Origin: Tubiluchus corallicola
Lineage: Eukaryota > Animalia > Priapulida
NCBI GenBank assembly: GCA_030141605.1
Contig: JAQGDQ010000263.1
Span: 182,793-246,792, forward strand
Length of the DNA: 64,000 nt
Direction: 5' to 3'
Shown: in pieces, positions 28,360-41,490 of the stretch
How the letters are laid out: each line of letters starts with the position of its first letter
Numbering within the stretch: position 1 is the first letter of the stretch
Translations under genes and position numbers: made by a program
Notes under the pieces: generated by a model
What the model saw: only the letters and a program-made list of their open reading frames with translations
Told to the model about the DNA's origin: nothing
The model's database searches: none

Positions 28360-28995
28360 GAAATCTTGAATTCGAAGCGAATGCCTGCCTCTCAAATAAA
28401 ACGAAAACACAATTTCAAAATAAATATAAAAAAATCTTGAATTCGAGGCGAATGCTTGCCTCCCAAATCAAACGAAAACACGATTTCAAAATAAACGTAA
28501 AAAATCTTGAATTCGAAGTGAATTCTTGCCTCCCAAATCAAACGAAAACACAATTTCAAAATAAACGTAAAAAATCTTGAATTCGAAGTGAATTCTTGCC
28601 TCCCAAATCAAACGAAAACACGATTTCAAAATAAACATAAAAAATCTTGAATTCGAAGCGAATGCCTGCTTCCCAAATGGAACGAAAACACGATTTCAAA
28701 ATAAACATAAAAAATCTTGAATTCGAAGTGAATCCTTGCCTCCCAAATCGAACGAAAACATGATTTCAAAATAAATATAAAAAATCTTGAATTCGAAGCG
28801 AATGCTTGCCTCCCAAATCGAACGAAAACATGATTTCAAAATAAACATAAAAAATCTTGAATTCGAAGTGAATTCTTGCCTCCCAAATCGAACGAAAACA
28901 CGATTTCAAAATAAAACATAAAAAATCTTGAATTCGAAGCGAATGCTTGCCTCCCAAATCAAACGCAAACACGATTTCAAAATAAATATAAAAAC
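28360..28995. repeat. 70-bp tandem repeat, ~9 copies
   Basis: aaaatcttgaattcgaag(c/t)gaatgcttgcctcccaaatcgaacgaaaacacgatttcaaaataaacata. Confidence 0.95.
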
Positions 28996-29475
28996 TCCAT
29001 AATTTTATGGAGGCCAGCAAAGTGAAAGTCCTTAATGACTTGTCCACCAAACTTAATAATACGTAAACAAAAATATAGTAATCTGAATGAATTACTTTGT
29101 TTACGTGAAATTACAGTTGTGGAACTTAATATAAATTAAAATGCGGTTACATATTATGATACGGCTCCAAAATAACTAAGCAAAGTGGCTAAGTAAGATT
29201 TTTAAAAAAAGTTTATTTTCCGAAAAGTCAAAATGTACAGTTTTTCAACTGTCAGTTTAGACAATATAGCGGGTGACGCAGAAAAAATGCGCCGAAATTT
29301 AGACTATAATAATATTAGAAGCGAATAGTCTGCAAAGTTGAAATTTCACGGCGTAGCTCTACAATAGACTGACTTTTAGCTGTGGAAGTTGGGAATTGTC
29401 TAGTTTACATCATCAAGAACTGATAAAAGTTTGTTGTCAAGAAAAGAATAGGATTAATCCTCTGGATTATGGCAC

Positions 29476-29657
29476 CTGGAAGGGAAAGGGTTACGGTATC
29501 TGGAAGGGAAAGAGTTACGGCATCTGGAAGGGAAAGGGCTACGGTATCTGGAAGGGAAAGGGTTACAGTATCTGGAAGGGAAACAGTTACGGTATCTGGA
29601 AGGGAAAGGGTTACAGTATCTGGAAGGGAAACAGTTACGGTATCTGGAAGGGAAAGG
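29476..29657. repeat. 24-bp tandem repeat, ~7.5 copies
   Basis: ggaagggaaagggttacggtatct. Confidence 0.9.
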
Positions 29658-29778
29658 ATACTTTGCCGCACAGAAACTAAGCAAAGAAACGAAAGCCAAA
29701 AACTATCGAGTGCTGAGACCAACCCCTTAAGGAAGTGAGAAACTTTGTCAGCCATAAGAGGAAATGCGTTCGTCTAAT

Positions 29779-30580
29779 TATATATATATATAATAATCTT
29801 TATTTGCCATTAAAATACATTGATAATCACTGATAAAAACTCTACAGAGATGATCAATCAGTGTTAGTTAATAAAAACTTACACTGCTAAAGGCAAATGC
29901 ATCAGTGCAATCTAAACTACTGTGCAGTAATGGAAAGTAACGACGAATAAAATCAAACATATTTACAACTATGCACAAAAATGAAAAAATTATGATTTAA
30001 TTAACATGGCCGTGGATATATGAATTCTGAATTAGTGTGTATGTTATCGTACTGGTGTGATGGTATTTCATATCTGGTTAATATTAGTGATTTCAATTTT
30101 GTTTTAAATGCTGATAGGGACTTGATTTGTTTAACCTGTAATGGTAAAGAATTCCAAAGTAGAATTGCTTGCTTGATAACAGAGTTCGTTCCGTAGTGGG
30201 TATTTGTCCTAATTTGTTTTAGATTGCTTGTTCTGGAATTAACGATAGGATTTGGAAGAAAGGTAAATCTGTTATTCTTGAATGGTTTGCTGATGTTGTT
30301 AATGTATTTAAATATAAAAAGCAGAGTAAAATATTATTTGTGTGCTTCAATGATTGGGAATTTTAAAGTTTTTCTCAGGTTAGTTGTTGAAGCTTTGAAT
30401 TTTTGTCTACCTGACTTACGTTTGTATGAGTACCTAGCTATCAATCTCAACGCATAGTTCTGAGGGAGATTTAATTTTAAGTAATTTTCTCTTTTGGTCT
30501 TTTGAAGTAGCGTACATCCATATAAGAAGTGTGGTAGAACTAAAGTTTTATATATTAGTGTCTTAGTTTCCTTTGTTAGT
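29779..30580 (-). mobile_element. L2/Crack/CR1-group LINE 3' fragment (ORF2 C-terminus, 3'UTR, AATAAA + (TA)n tail)
   Basis: Translates as TKTLIYKTLVLPHFLYG...QNYALRLI...WNSLPLQVKQIKSLSAFKTKLK, with an in-frame stop. Confidence 0.85.
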
Positions 30581-30581
30581 T

Positions 30582-31078
30582 GTTAAGCAACGTAGAGCCT
30601 GGTTAGTACTTGGATGGGTGACCGCCTAGGAATACCAGGTGCTGTAGGCTTGCGGGATGCCCTCACTGTATCTCGACACTAGGCGGAGGAGCTGCACAAG
30701 CAGCCAACAGCTAGAGGGCGGAGGAGGCAAGTGACCCAACAGCCATGTGTAGAGAAGTAAACCTTCCAAATCAGGAGTGGAGCCCCGAAGATGGACCAGT
30801 ACAGCATGCTCACTGACTCCGGCAGCTCCTGCAGCTAACCTGGTGCCAAACGCATCGCTCTGCTTTCCTTTGGACTGCACCAGGGAGGAAGAGAGGGGGT
30901 TCCTGTTGTCTGAGCAACTCAAGATTCCATACACCTTGCCCAAGTGTGCGCCCTGGAGACGTTCAAGGATCGGATTGCTCAGCCACAGTCGACGCTGCAG
31001 CTCCATCAATGTGATCAATAACTGACTCTCTTGGCGCACACTCCATTGTCTTCCGAGACAGAAGGATGCCAATCAATC
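30582..31078 (+). mobile_element. 5S rRNA-derived SINE (SINE3-type), 5'-truncated, with GC-rich RTE-related body and short (CAAT) tail
   Basis: 30582-30651 matches the 3' ~70 nt of 5S rRNA (GTTAAGCAACGTAGAGCCTGGTTAGTACTTGGATGGGTGACCGCCTAGGAATACCAGGTGCTGTAGGCTT); no T4 terminator follows; ends GGATGCC-AATCAATC. Confidence 0.8.
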
Positions 31079-32772
31079 TTTGGAAGAATCTAAGAGAACG
31101 CCAGCTACCGCAACATCACTGTGGCAATTTTCAATTGATTCCGTTATATTTCTCTTATAATATCGTGACGAAAAATTCCTGATCGAGGAAAACTTTATGT
31201 AATTCAAGGGTTTAACTTTATATATAGGATTTTCGAAACAGGTCCAAACTCACATTTAAACTGTCTTAAACGCCTTTAAAAACTCTTCACTGTCACTCAA
31301 AAAGACACCACAAGAGGCGTGTATTGGCGTGCTGGGTATTTATACATCGTATGCCCTGTAGATTCAAGTTAGTCTAAGAAGTTTATCAGTCCACAATTAA
31401 GAAATTGTGCTAAATCTACTAAAACGAATTATAATGCAAACACGTTCATTCATTCAGACGAGCCTCCATTATGCTAAAACACGAAATGTCCATAGACAAA
31501 AAAAGAGAAGAAAAAAAGAAAAGGAGTACAACTGGTACGCGTGAGACTAATTTAATTAACAACTATTCATGGATCACCCAGCCAACAATAACAGCTTTCA
31601 TAGTTATGCATAGGAAATTACTCAAGTTGAAGGAAATAAAAATCATGTCAAGTTGATTTTCTCTGCGTGAGAGATGATCGTAAGTCGGCCATGATGAATA
31701 GACAATGGTTTTTGAGGAAGAAACTATATTCCTGAACAAAGCGATGGATGACCGTGTTGCTGTAGGGTGAGTGACATGACAAGAAACAAACGATACCATT
31801 ATCTTACATCCCTGGGCCAACAATTTTTTTTACAAAAACCATCCCAAACAAGACTGCGGCACACTTGAAATCAGAGGCTACGAGAAAACTTGGCCGACAA
31901 GTTGTAGACAGCTAGTGTAATTGATGAGAACGTACAGTTTGTGTTAAGACTCCATAGACTGACAAGAACTACTTAGTTGTTATGCAGGGGAAGACAAGTT
32001 TTCAGAGAGGTTGAAAAAAGTTGTAGTAATTGGAAGACTATGCGAGCTAATGCCCTCTTTATAAGATCTTAACTTAGCCCGGTACGTTATGGCGTTTGAG
32101 ATCCCTCCGAAAATTTTAACGCGGACCCCCATTCTTCTTTCTTTAAGAGGGTTTAATCAGTGCAGAGCCATATAGGAAACAGAAAGATGTATCTGTGGAA
32201 ACACCGTGTGAAAAAAATGACAGACAGATCTTGGAAACACCTGCATGCCTAAACACACGCTTAGAAGATCTTCAGTTAGTAATAGATTTCAAGCTACACA
32301 ACAATCAATTTGTTTGATCAAAGCTGGACCAAATCATCAATAAAATATTTCCAAAATACATTTAAGTGATTGGTCGAAGCTGCAATGACCACTTGAACAG
32401 AAGTAGATATTTCAGCTGAATGACCATTCTGCAATTTTCAATCAACAATATTTGATAACTCGGAATTGCGGTCAGCAAATAGTCTGAACCGAACAAGATG
32501 TGAAAATTGGCTTGACAATTACACCAACACCACCAGCAACAACAATTACAAAAATAATTATAGGGAATAGATTTGACTTTGAGGTCTGCAGAATGTGGAG
32601 CCTCAAAACTTGACTCTAGGTCTGAATTGTTTGAAGAAATCAAGAAAATAGATTTAAGAAATATGCTTGAATAAAAAAGCAAAATTTGATAAGCAATCGG
32701 CATCGCGTTTGCTGTAAGCTATTCTGTGTATATCTAAAAACAGCTAAAGGACCAGGATTTCTTTGTACTCAA

Positions 32773-33031
32773 AACGCCTCACACACAGGCAAGTTTAGAT
32801 AGTCTCTACTGCATAACGAAATTACATATGCATTAAAATTTCAGAGCCATTTCTGGTTTAACTTTCTGAATTAATTTCAACCAACATACAGCATGCAAAA
32901 CACCTCACACTCAGGCAAGTTTAGACAGTCTCTACTGCATGACGAAATTACATATGCATTAAATTTTTCAGAGCAATTTCTAGTTTAACTTTCTGAGTTA
33001 ATTTCAACCAACATACAGCATGCTAAACGCC
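32773..33031. repeat. ~125-bp tandem duplication
   Basis: cctcacac.caggcaagtttaga.agtctctactgcat... occurs twice. Confidence 0.85.
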
Positions 33032-34104
33032 GAAAGCCATGACCCCATGGCGAGTTCGAATTCACTTAAAAGGCGTCTACACAGCGTGCATGGTGGTCTC
33101 TTATAAACACCTGGAAAATGTGACAGCTTTTACGAAATGTTGCTGCTTGACAGCCCGACACACACGTTGGGTTATCTGCGTTAAATTGCGTTAAACTGCT
33201 AAATTAAAATCGCGTAGGGGAAGTCAGCATTTCTCAAATGTCAAAATCTTGACTGAGATTAGACTTTTAGAATAATAATGTGATGCCTGTAGTTTTGCAC
33301 ACTCCATGCACAATTCAACCCATTGATACAGTAGCACAAACACGCCAATAGCAGAAATAATGCAATTACTTTAAGATTTTTTAAAAATTCTCATCATACA
33401 ACAGAAAGGAAATACGTTCTGCAGGGCACACACAAGGGCCTATTTTGGCCGCAGAACGACTCGAAATGGCGTTTGTATGGTTCAGCCAATGCTGAGATTT
33501 TCTACATATATTAAACAACACACATATATTCTCAGTATACGTTCTCAACTCAAACCCCGTAATAACTATATAGTAGACTTACGTGTCTATGCTTTCTTTG
33601 ATTTTGTAAGCTACGTTGGGTACTTAAGTAGGTCCAAGAACACGCTTATAATCTTCTTCTTGTTGCTAAAGGTCAAACATTTCAATCACCAGCATTAAAG
33701 CATTAAAACTCAATGGATCATGCAAAGCGCAACAGATTATTAAATTACCAATGCATGCATCTGTTTGAACTTTGTCTTACATAAGTGCAATTCTGACGGC
33801 ATCTTATGCACACAAGGTAATCGGATAATGAGAAACGATTTCAGTAATTATTAGTCGGTTCAGGCCAATGATAACAAGGACCTACCTGAAGGCGTGCTAG
33901 AGGTTTCTCATTAACAAATAAAATCATTTGAAACGATTAAAGTGGGTTAGATGTTACATAAACAGATGTGCGCTCTACAAACTGAGGCACTTTAGGTTCG
34001 CCAATGATGACAATCCTTACATGACATCTTGTTGAAATCATATGAGTACTCAGGACCCTCGACCCATTAAAACCACATGACCTTTAATGAATGCAAAGCT
34101 GCGA

Positions 34105-34370
34105 ATAAGTGCGCATAATTTACTAATAGAAAGGGGACGACACCAACAACCTAAAGTCCCTGTGAATACGAGAATCTGTCAACATTGTGACAGCCAAAAG
34201 TAGAAGAGGAAATTCATTTTTTGTTCTATTGCTCCTTCTACAACCGGTTAAGACAATCTAGCAGTAGCAATTTCATTAACTTTTACGAAAAGCTAAAATA
34301 AACAATGGGCGGGGGACGACTGAGATATAACCAAAATAGTCGCCTATTGCATTTTAAGTGTTTTAAAAAG
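34105..34370 (+). mobile_element. Second, inverted copy of the LINE zinc-finger fragment at 22.7-23.0 kb
   Basis: ataatttactaatagaaaggggacgacaccaacaacctaaagtccc...gacagccaa...gaaattcattttttgtt is near-identical to the reverse complement of 22850-22965. Confidence 0.8.
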
Positions 34371-35439
34371 CGTGATAATGATTGTTTTGTCGGTAATTTT
34401 GATAAGTGGTTTTGATAGCCTATTATGGTGGCTATGTGGGTGATCAAATTTCCGTGCTGTATTGAATCACTGCTATTATTGTGTGTATGTTCTAAAGTTA
34501 CTTTATGCAGTCTTAAAATATGATCTAAAATTAATTACTGTTATGATACTAGTAATTGTATATTGGGGGCTTACATGGTACCACACAGCGAGTACGTTTT
34601 AATCTGTTGTACAGTCACAGAAAATGTAGCGTTCGTTTAACATGATCGTAACTATCAAAATAACTGGAATGCTTAAAAACTGCGATTTGCAAAAAAATAT
34701 CAGCTAACAGATAAGTCAACACAATGGACTATAGTTACTACATTTTTCATGATGATGTTACTATAAGGTGCGCCGTAACTTTTTAGCTTAACAATGTGGA
34801 GGACTGGAGCAATTTAGCTGTATTTTGTAAAGGTCTAGTCGAGCTTTTTGTCTTTGCTGCTTAAAAGTCAGGAGCTTTTCGGATTTTCGTAATATACAAT
34901 ATGATCTGTGTATAGTAAATATTCTAACACAATATTATAGCTATAATAGGCGACCCATAAGAATAAAAACTGCCTGGCTACGTGCATAAAAAACTTTTAT
35001 CGTTTTTTTGCGGCGTTAAAATATGAACTGTGTTTGTGCTGCCTAAATCATACTGTCATCGCAGTCGTAGTCCAAACAAAATCAAACAGCAATTTTACCT
35101 GGCGATTTTTAACTTTCCAGGCTAAGTGTGGAGTGTTACCATAAATCGACTGAGATTATCTCTGAGATTTGACGAGATTTTTCAAAACAATCAAATCTTT
35201 GGTCAAAACTTAGAAAAATTATATAATTTTATTTATCAGTTCATCACGACTACACGAAAAGTGTATGAACATCAGAAACAAGCATGGTACGCGTTCACAT
35301 GACTACGGTACAACGAAGACGTTACAGCTAAAACGACAAAATTAAGAAGTGAGCTATGCGTCGGTAGTTTGAGTTGATCTACTACATCGTTTACATTGAT
35401 TAATTACATTGTAGTTCATATTAGTGAGTGGATTAATCA

Positions 35440-35571
35440 GTTAAAATATCGTACTGTTTTGTACACAATTAAAATATCGTACTGTTCTGTACACTATTAA
35501 AATATCGTACTGTTTTGTACACAATTAAAATATCGTATTGTTTTGTACACAATTAAAATATCGTATTGTTT
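35440..35571. repeat. ~28-bp tandem repeat, ~4.5 copies
   Basis: ttaaaatatcgtactgttttgtacacaa. Confidence 0.85.
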
Positions 35572-36742
35572 CGCTTGAACAAATGTGAAATAATTTTGCG
35601 ACGTTGCATTACACATATGGGTAAAAATAGTCACTGCGTAGACGTGAACTTACCATTATAAGTTTAATTAGTCTTGCATCACCAGTGTGCTACGTTAACA
35701 TGTCTCAATGTTTACAATATGGGAACGCTTTGCATACGTAACATACGATTTTTTCCACTGCCGTGTATCAACTCAATATTACATACAAACAAACACTAAG
35801 TCTTGTACCTTTAGTACTAAAGAGACGTAAATGAATCTGTAAATCAGCAAATTTGATCTTTTGCAAATAGATTTTCCAGCAAAAACACAAGACCATTTAT
35901 GGCAAACACAATTATGCATTACCTTTCTACAGCCTAACAACTTTACAGAAATTAATAAATAAGCTTACATTTTAATCGGATTGCTATTGTACTTATAGAA
36001 ACAGACAAGGTAGCATAAATTCTTCAAATTGTCTGGGAGCTTTAAGATTAGGTTCTTGCGCTTTTGTATATCTTTACACTAAAAAAGCAAACAGCTCTAA
36101 GTGCTATTATGCAATGCAAGACCTAGTTCACATTACAGCGCAACAATAGTGTAATCGCTTGAGTTATTCAAGACGCATGGGAAAGTAGCAAATTCAAAAG
36201 CCATTTTGCGAATTATTCAGTCTAAAACCGTTTGTATAATAGATCATGGCGTGCATGATCTGTAACCTACTGAGCAGAATTTAAATTAATATTTATTTTA
36301 TACAATATAATAACGATCGTGTTGCTTATCAAGAGCAAATTCAGCTATAGTTATTCAACTCAGAGCTCTGTAATTTGATATGCTTTAAAAATACGGATCT
36401 GCTATAAAAACCAAAATATATTAATCTCAGCTTGATGTTCACGTTTGACAGTAGAATATACCAGGCTTCTATGGTTGCAGCTATTATAATTTTAGGATTT
36501 AATTAATTTTTAATGAGTGGGTGGAAAGTAATTTGATAATCATTATTCCTCAGACATTCTAAATGTTCGTAAAGTAGCAATCGGTATACATTATGACTCA
36601 GGCATCTTAAGCGGGAGTGGAACTTTAGCACGAGGTGGCAAAGTACAAATTGGTTTTTTACACCAAAATATACACAATCTTACGCAAATAACGCACAGGC
36701 ACAATACTTACACGTCTTGGTCGCATAAGTTCAATCAAATGC

Positions 36743-36923
36743 GTAGTAGTAGTGGTGGTAGTAGTGGTGGTAGTGGTAGTAGTGGTAGTAGTAATAGTAG
36801 TTGTATTAATTTTAGTAGTTTAGTAGCAGTAGCAGTAGTAGTAGTAGTAGCAGTAGTAGTAGTAGCAGCAGTAGTAGTAGTAGTCGTCGTATAGTAGTAG
36901 CAGTAGTAGCGGTAGCAGTAGTA

Positions 36924-36954
<31 letters not shown>

Positions 36955-37140
36955 AGTAGTAGTAGTAGTAGTAGCAGTAGCAGTAGTAGTAGTAGTAGCA
37001 GTAGTAGTAGCAGTAGTAGTAGTATAGTAGTAGCAGTAGTAGTGGTAGTAGTAGCAGTATAGTAGTAGCAGTAGTAGTGGTAGTAGTAGCAGTATAGTAG
37101 TATAGTAGTAGCAGTAGTAGAAGTAGTAGCAGTAGTTTAG
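36743..37140. repeat. (TAG/CAG/TGG)n compound repeat
   Basis: Directly visible. Confidence 0.95.
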
Positions 37141-37894
37141 TGACCATACAATTAATCTTTACAATCTTCAGCAGTGATAGAAGTATGGAAACATTTCATA
37201 GTCCAAAATTTTCTACTTTTCAGAAAACAGTGACATTGTACAAAGGTTAAAAAATTCGCAATAACCAATTTTCATTTAGTATCAGTAAAATACAATGACT
37301 GAGCTGAGCTTACAGAATTTTACAGAACTGTAACACTTCATTATGGTTACTTGCAAAAATTAGTGAATTTTCAACAACGAAAAGTCGTATTTTCCACTTA
37401 CCTCTGTGCCTGGAAGTAAATTCCTATTTTCCAGAGACCTGTTATCCTAAATCACTTATTGATAGAGGATATTTCCCACTATAAGTCTCCGCTTGCTGGC
37501 AGGATATTTGAGTCAAAAACACGCGTAATCCAATGTTATGAAAAAATCTTCCTTGCTATCCAAACACGCCGACAACAACCAGTTAACTCAATGCAAATGA
37601 TGTCAAAGTTTGAACATAAGAGGCACTGTGTCAACTCATTACACTCACCACGACACATTAGTTACCGGACGTACATATAATGCGAATGAGTATGATGGCA
37701 AGTCTAACCAGACCTACGCAATGCACACTCGGTTAACCTTCTGTGACGCTCCACTTACTCTCACAACCAGCAAGTTACAGTCTCGTTTAGCCCCAGATTT
37801 TCGAGAAATTCGCAGATAAAATTAACAAATCGTTCGTAAGAACCAATAATGAAAACGCCCGAAAACTGGCCATTAAACCAATGCGTCCCTTTGA

Positions 37895-37896
<2 letters not shown>

Positions 37897-37930
<34 letters not shown>

Positions 37931-37966
37931 CATTATGATTATCATTCTTATTTTTATTATTATTAC

Positions 37967-38042
<76 letters not shown>

Positions 38043-38043
38043 A
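37897..38043. repeat. (ATT)n microsatellite
   Basis: Directly visible. Confidence 0.97.
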
Positions 38044-38499
38044 GTAATTTTGATGTTTGTGGCTGTTTGACCTTTTTCGCAAGTGCTCTTTTTTTACAGG
38101 TTACCAAAAAAAATTTGAATGTATTTAAGCATAATCATCTATGCTGGAAATTACAATGTATGAAAGGAATTAAATAAACGTTTCTATTTATAACTTAGTA
38201 TATGTCTACAGTATACAGTTCTTTTAAAGTGATTTAAATCATTTTGAAGATAAGAGTCCTTCGTCAGTGCCGACACAACGAGAACTAAAACTTGGTAGAA
38301 CAGCATTTTTATGTTCAAGATGATTTATTTAAGATCCTGATACATAAACGTAAAGATAGAATGTAAAATGCTTTACTCTCATCAAAATTGAGAGAAGAAG
38401 AGAAAAATTCTCAGCCTCCCTCAGGGAGCAAGTGTTTTTAACCCAGAGCGCCCTCCGCAAAAGTCAGACAAAGAAATACAATGAAAACGCAGAGGAAGA

Positions 38500-38956
<457 letters not shown>

Positions 38957-40129
38957 TAACAGTAGTAACAAATAAAATTGCTACCACTTGCTCAAGCAAT
39001 TAATATCATTCAGAGGAAATCCTAGCAATAAAATCAAATTAAATTTCACAATTTTTTTCGTATTAACTGTGAAATACAAACGTAGCAATGCAAACAAAAT
39101 TGGCCCCCAAAGTTGACACTAAAAGAAATTTAATGTCCCTGTTTATCCGTCCTATACGGCCTGCTCATTCAAATGATAGAAACTGAATTGAGAAAATTCA
39201 TTTGGATGATCTTGAAAATATCGCATTTCTACGCAACCATGACAGTGGAGAATGGAAACTTCAATAAAGCAGAAAGTAAACCAGCTTTTCTTAACATAAA
39301 ATTGTAGATTCTTGTTTAAGCGTCTTAGGAATTTACGATTTTAATGACCTCGATTGGAAAGGCGAAAAAACACACTTACTTCACAAACACACAGCCAACC
39401 ACACTCAACCGACAAACGAACAAATAACCAGCTGACCAACCAATCAAAAGCCCAACAAACAAACGAATTAACCAACTAGATGAGCAATCAAAGAACCTGC
39501 CAACCAACCAACTAGCCAATTAACCAACCAGCCAACCCAACAAGCAAACCAGCTCATCAACTAGCAAACAAACTAACAAACAAACTCACCAATCCACAAA
39601 CCAACCAACCAAGCACCAATCTTCAAGCATTTGACCGACTGATCAGCCACCTACTGAACAGCTGTCCAGTCAGCCAACCAGCTAGTTCAAAGCTACTTTA
39701 GATGCACGTGAAAAAAATCAAAAAGTCACGAGGTAAAAAGGGCGAGTTTCATTAACATAATTACCTGTTCAAGTACCTGAAACATTTCAACAGAAAGTGT
39801 GTAAAACCTCTAAATTGCTTGTAGACAAAAAGACGCTATAGAAATGTAACGAAAGGTAAAAGATTTGGGGGGGTAATTTATTGCACTGTTACCTTGTCAT
39901 TTGCGGTCAAGTTTTTTTTTAAATGTGTTAAAGTCTTATTCTAAGCGAAACCAATAATCAAGTCGAATCAGTTACAATAAATAAGAAACGTGTGGGCTCT
40001 GAACTCAATAAGATTCAGCTATCAAAACTTTCACGACTAACCAAGCGAATAGGTAAGGAGAATCAGTTACAAGCTTACAACAAGTAGAAATCTGTATGTT
40101 CTGAAAGTCTCTTAGTGTTTGGATGGTAA

Positions 40130-40673
40130 GGGAAAACCGGACGATTGTTTAGACTCAATCTCATTTTAATTTACTGTCCAAAATATACATGTTCTTACCT
40201 ATAAAAGTTAACAATTGTTCCTTATATTTGAATAATTAGCCTTAGAAAGTTAGTTAACGGCAACCGAGCACAGCTATTGCTTACGTCAGAAACTAACCAC
40301 AGTTTGTGCAATGGCAGGCATCTTACCTTGCGCGCCAAGCACATAGGTGTTACAGTGCTATTTAAACGCATGATGTCACGAAAAATTGGCTCTACATCAT
40401 ATGACGTCAGAAACTAACACAACAGTTCATGATCATGGTTATCACGGTACTGCCTTCTATTTGTCGGCCACGCGCACGTGACAAAAAAGCGCCTCTGCCA
40501 GTCTTAGTCGATTCACTGAGCCGCGTGTAGCTTTGAAAGTTTAACGAAATTTGAGTATCCGAGGTAATTATTATTTAATCTAAGCTTTGATATAAAAAAA
40601 TCTATTGTAGTTTTCAATATTTTAGAGCATTCTTTATTCTGAAGTAATGTTTACACAATCATCCGGTTTTCCT
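40130..40673 (-). mobile_element. Full-length K1 copy
   Basis: Same TIRs and body; TTAA at the right end, GTAA at the left. Confidence 0.85.
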
Positions 40674-41490
40674 TTAAAAGTTTTAAAACTATTTAAAGAC
40701 ATATCCGAGAAGAATGAAGTACAGTAAAATAGAAGTCTGTACCTTCTGAAAATCTATTTGACTAATGTCAAAAGTCCCATGACTAGCGAAAACAATAGTT
40801 AGGAGAACGTAAATAAAATGAGTTGAATCGATTTACACATTACAAGCTTTCCCGCATTTCTCACAAACTGACAGATCGTTTACCGCCGAAAGTGGTACTG
40901 ACAAGCCACTAGCATAGCAGTGTCTAGCTTTTTGCTGGATTACTGCTGCGTTTACCTGTCTGAAGGCAGATTTCTTTTATTTTAGAATTCTGCCTGCCCA
41001 ATGTCTACAATAGACGTGACGGGCGTATGATGATGATGATGATGATAACCGCCGAAACTTTTTCGACATTACCCTAGTCATTTTTATTAAACAATGAAGA
41101 GTAAAAGATAATTTAAATAAGTAATAGAAAATAACGAAATAAATTAGACATGATAGCTACCAAAAATACGAAAATATTTTTCCTAGCATAGGGGATTGAA
41201 ATTGTTTTCTTTCACTTCTTGGTTTCAAAATTTGTTGTTATCAATTATTTCTCTGTTACGTCAGCTGAAGATAAAAATGTTTCTAAACTCATAAATAAAG
41301 CAGTAAAGACTGTTGCTATTGTTATGCATGAAAAACGTTTGTTTGTTTCTTTACAGCTCTACGAAAATATTTGCGATTATTTTATTGCACAAAACACAAT
41401 TACACAAATTACAGATTATACGATTACACAACAAAGTAGATCGTTGGTGTATGTGTAGTGTGCTGCATTTTGTGCATTGTTCATAATTTT

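Noticed and set aside
30582-30651. Functional 5S rRNA gene
   Set aside because: Lacks the 5' ~50 nt and the oligo-T terminator, and is fused to a retroposon-like body
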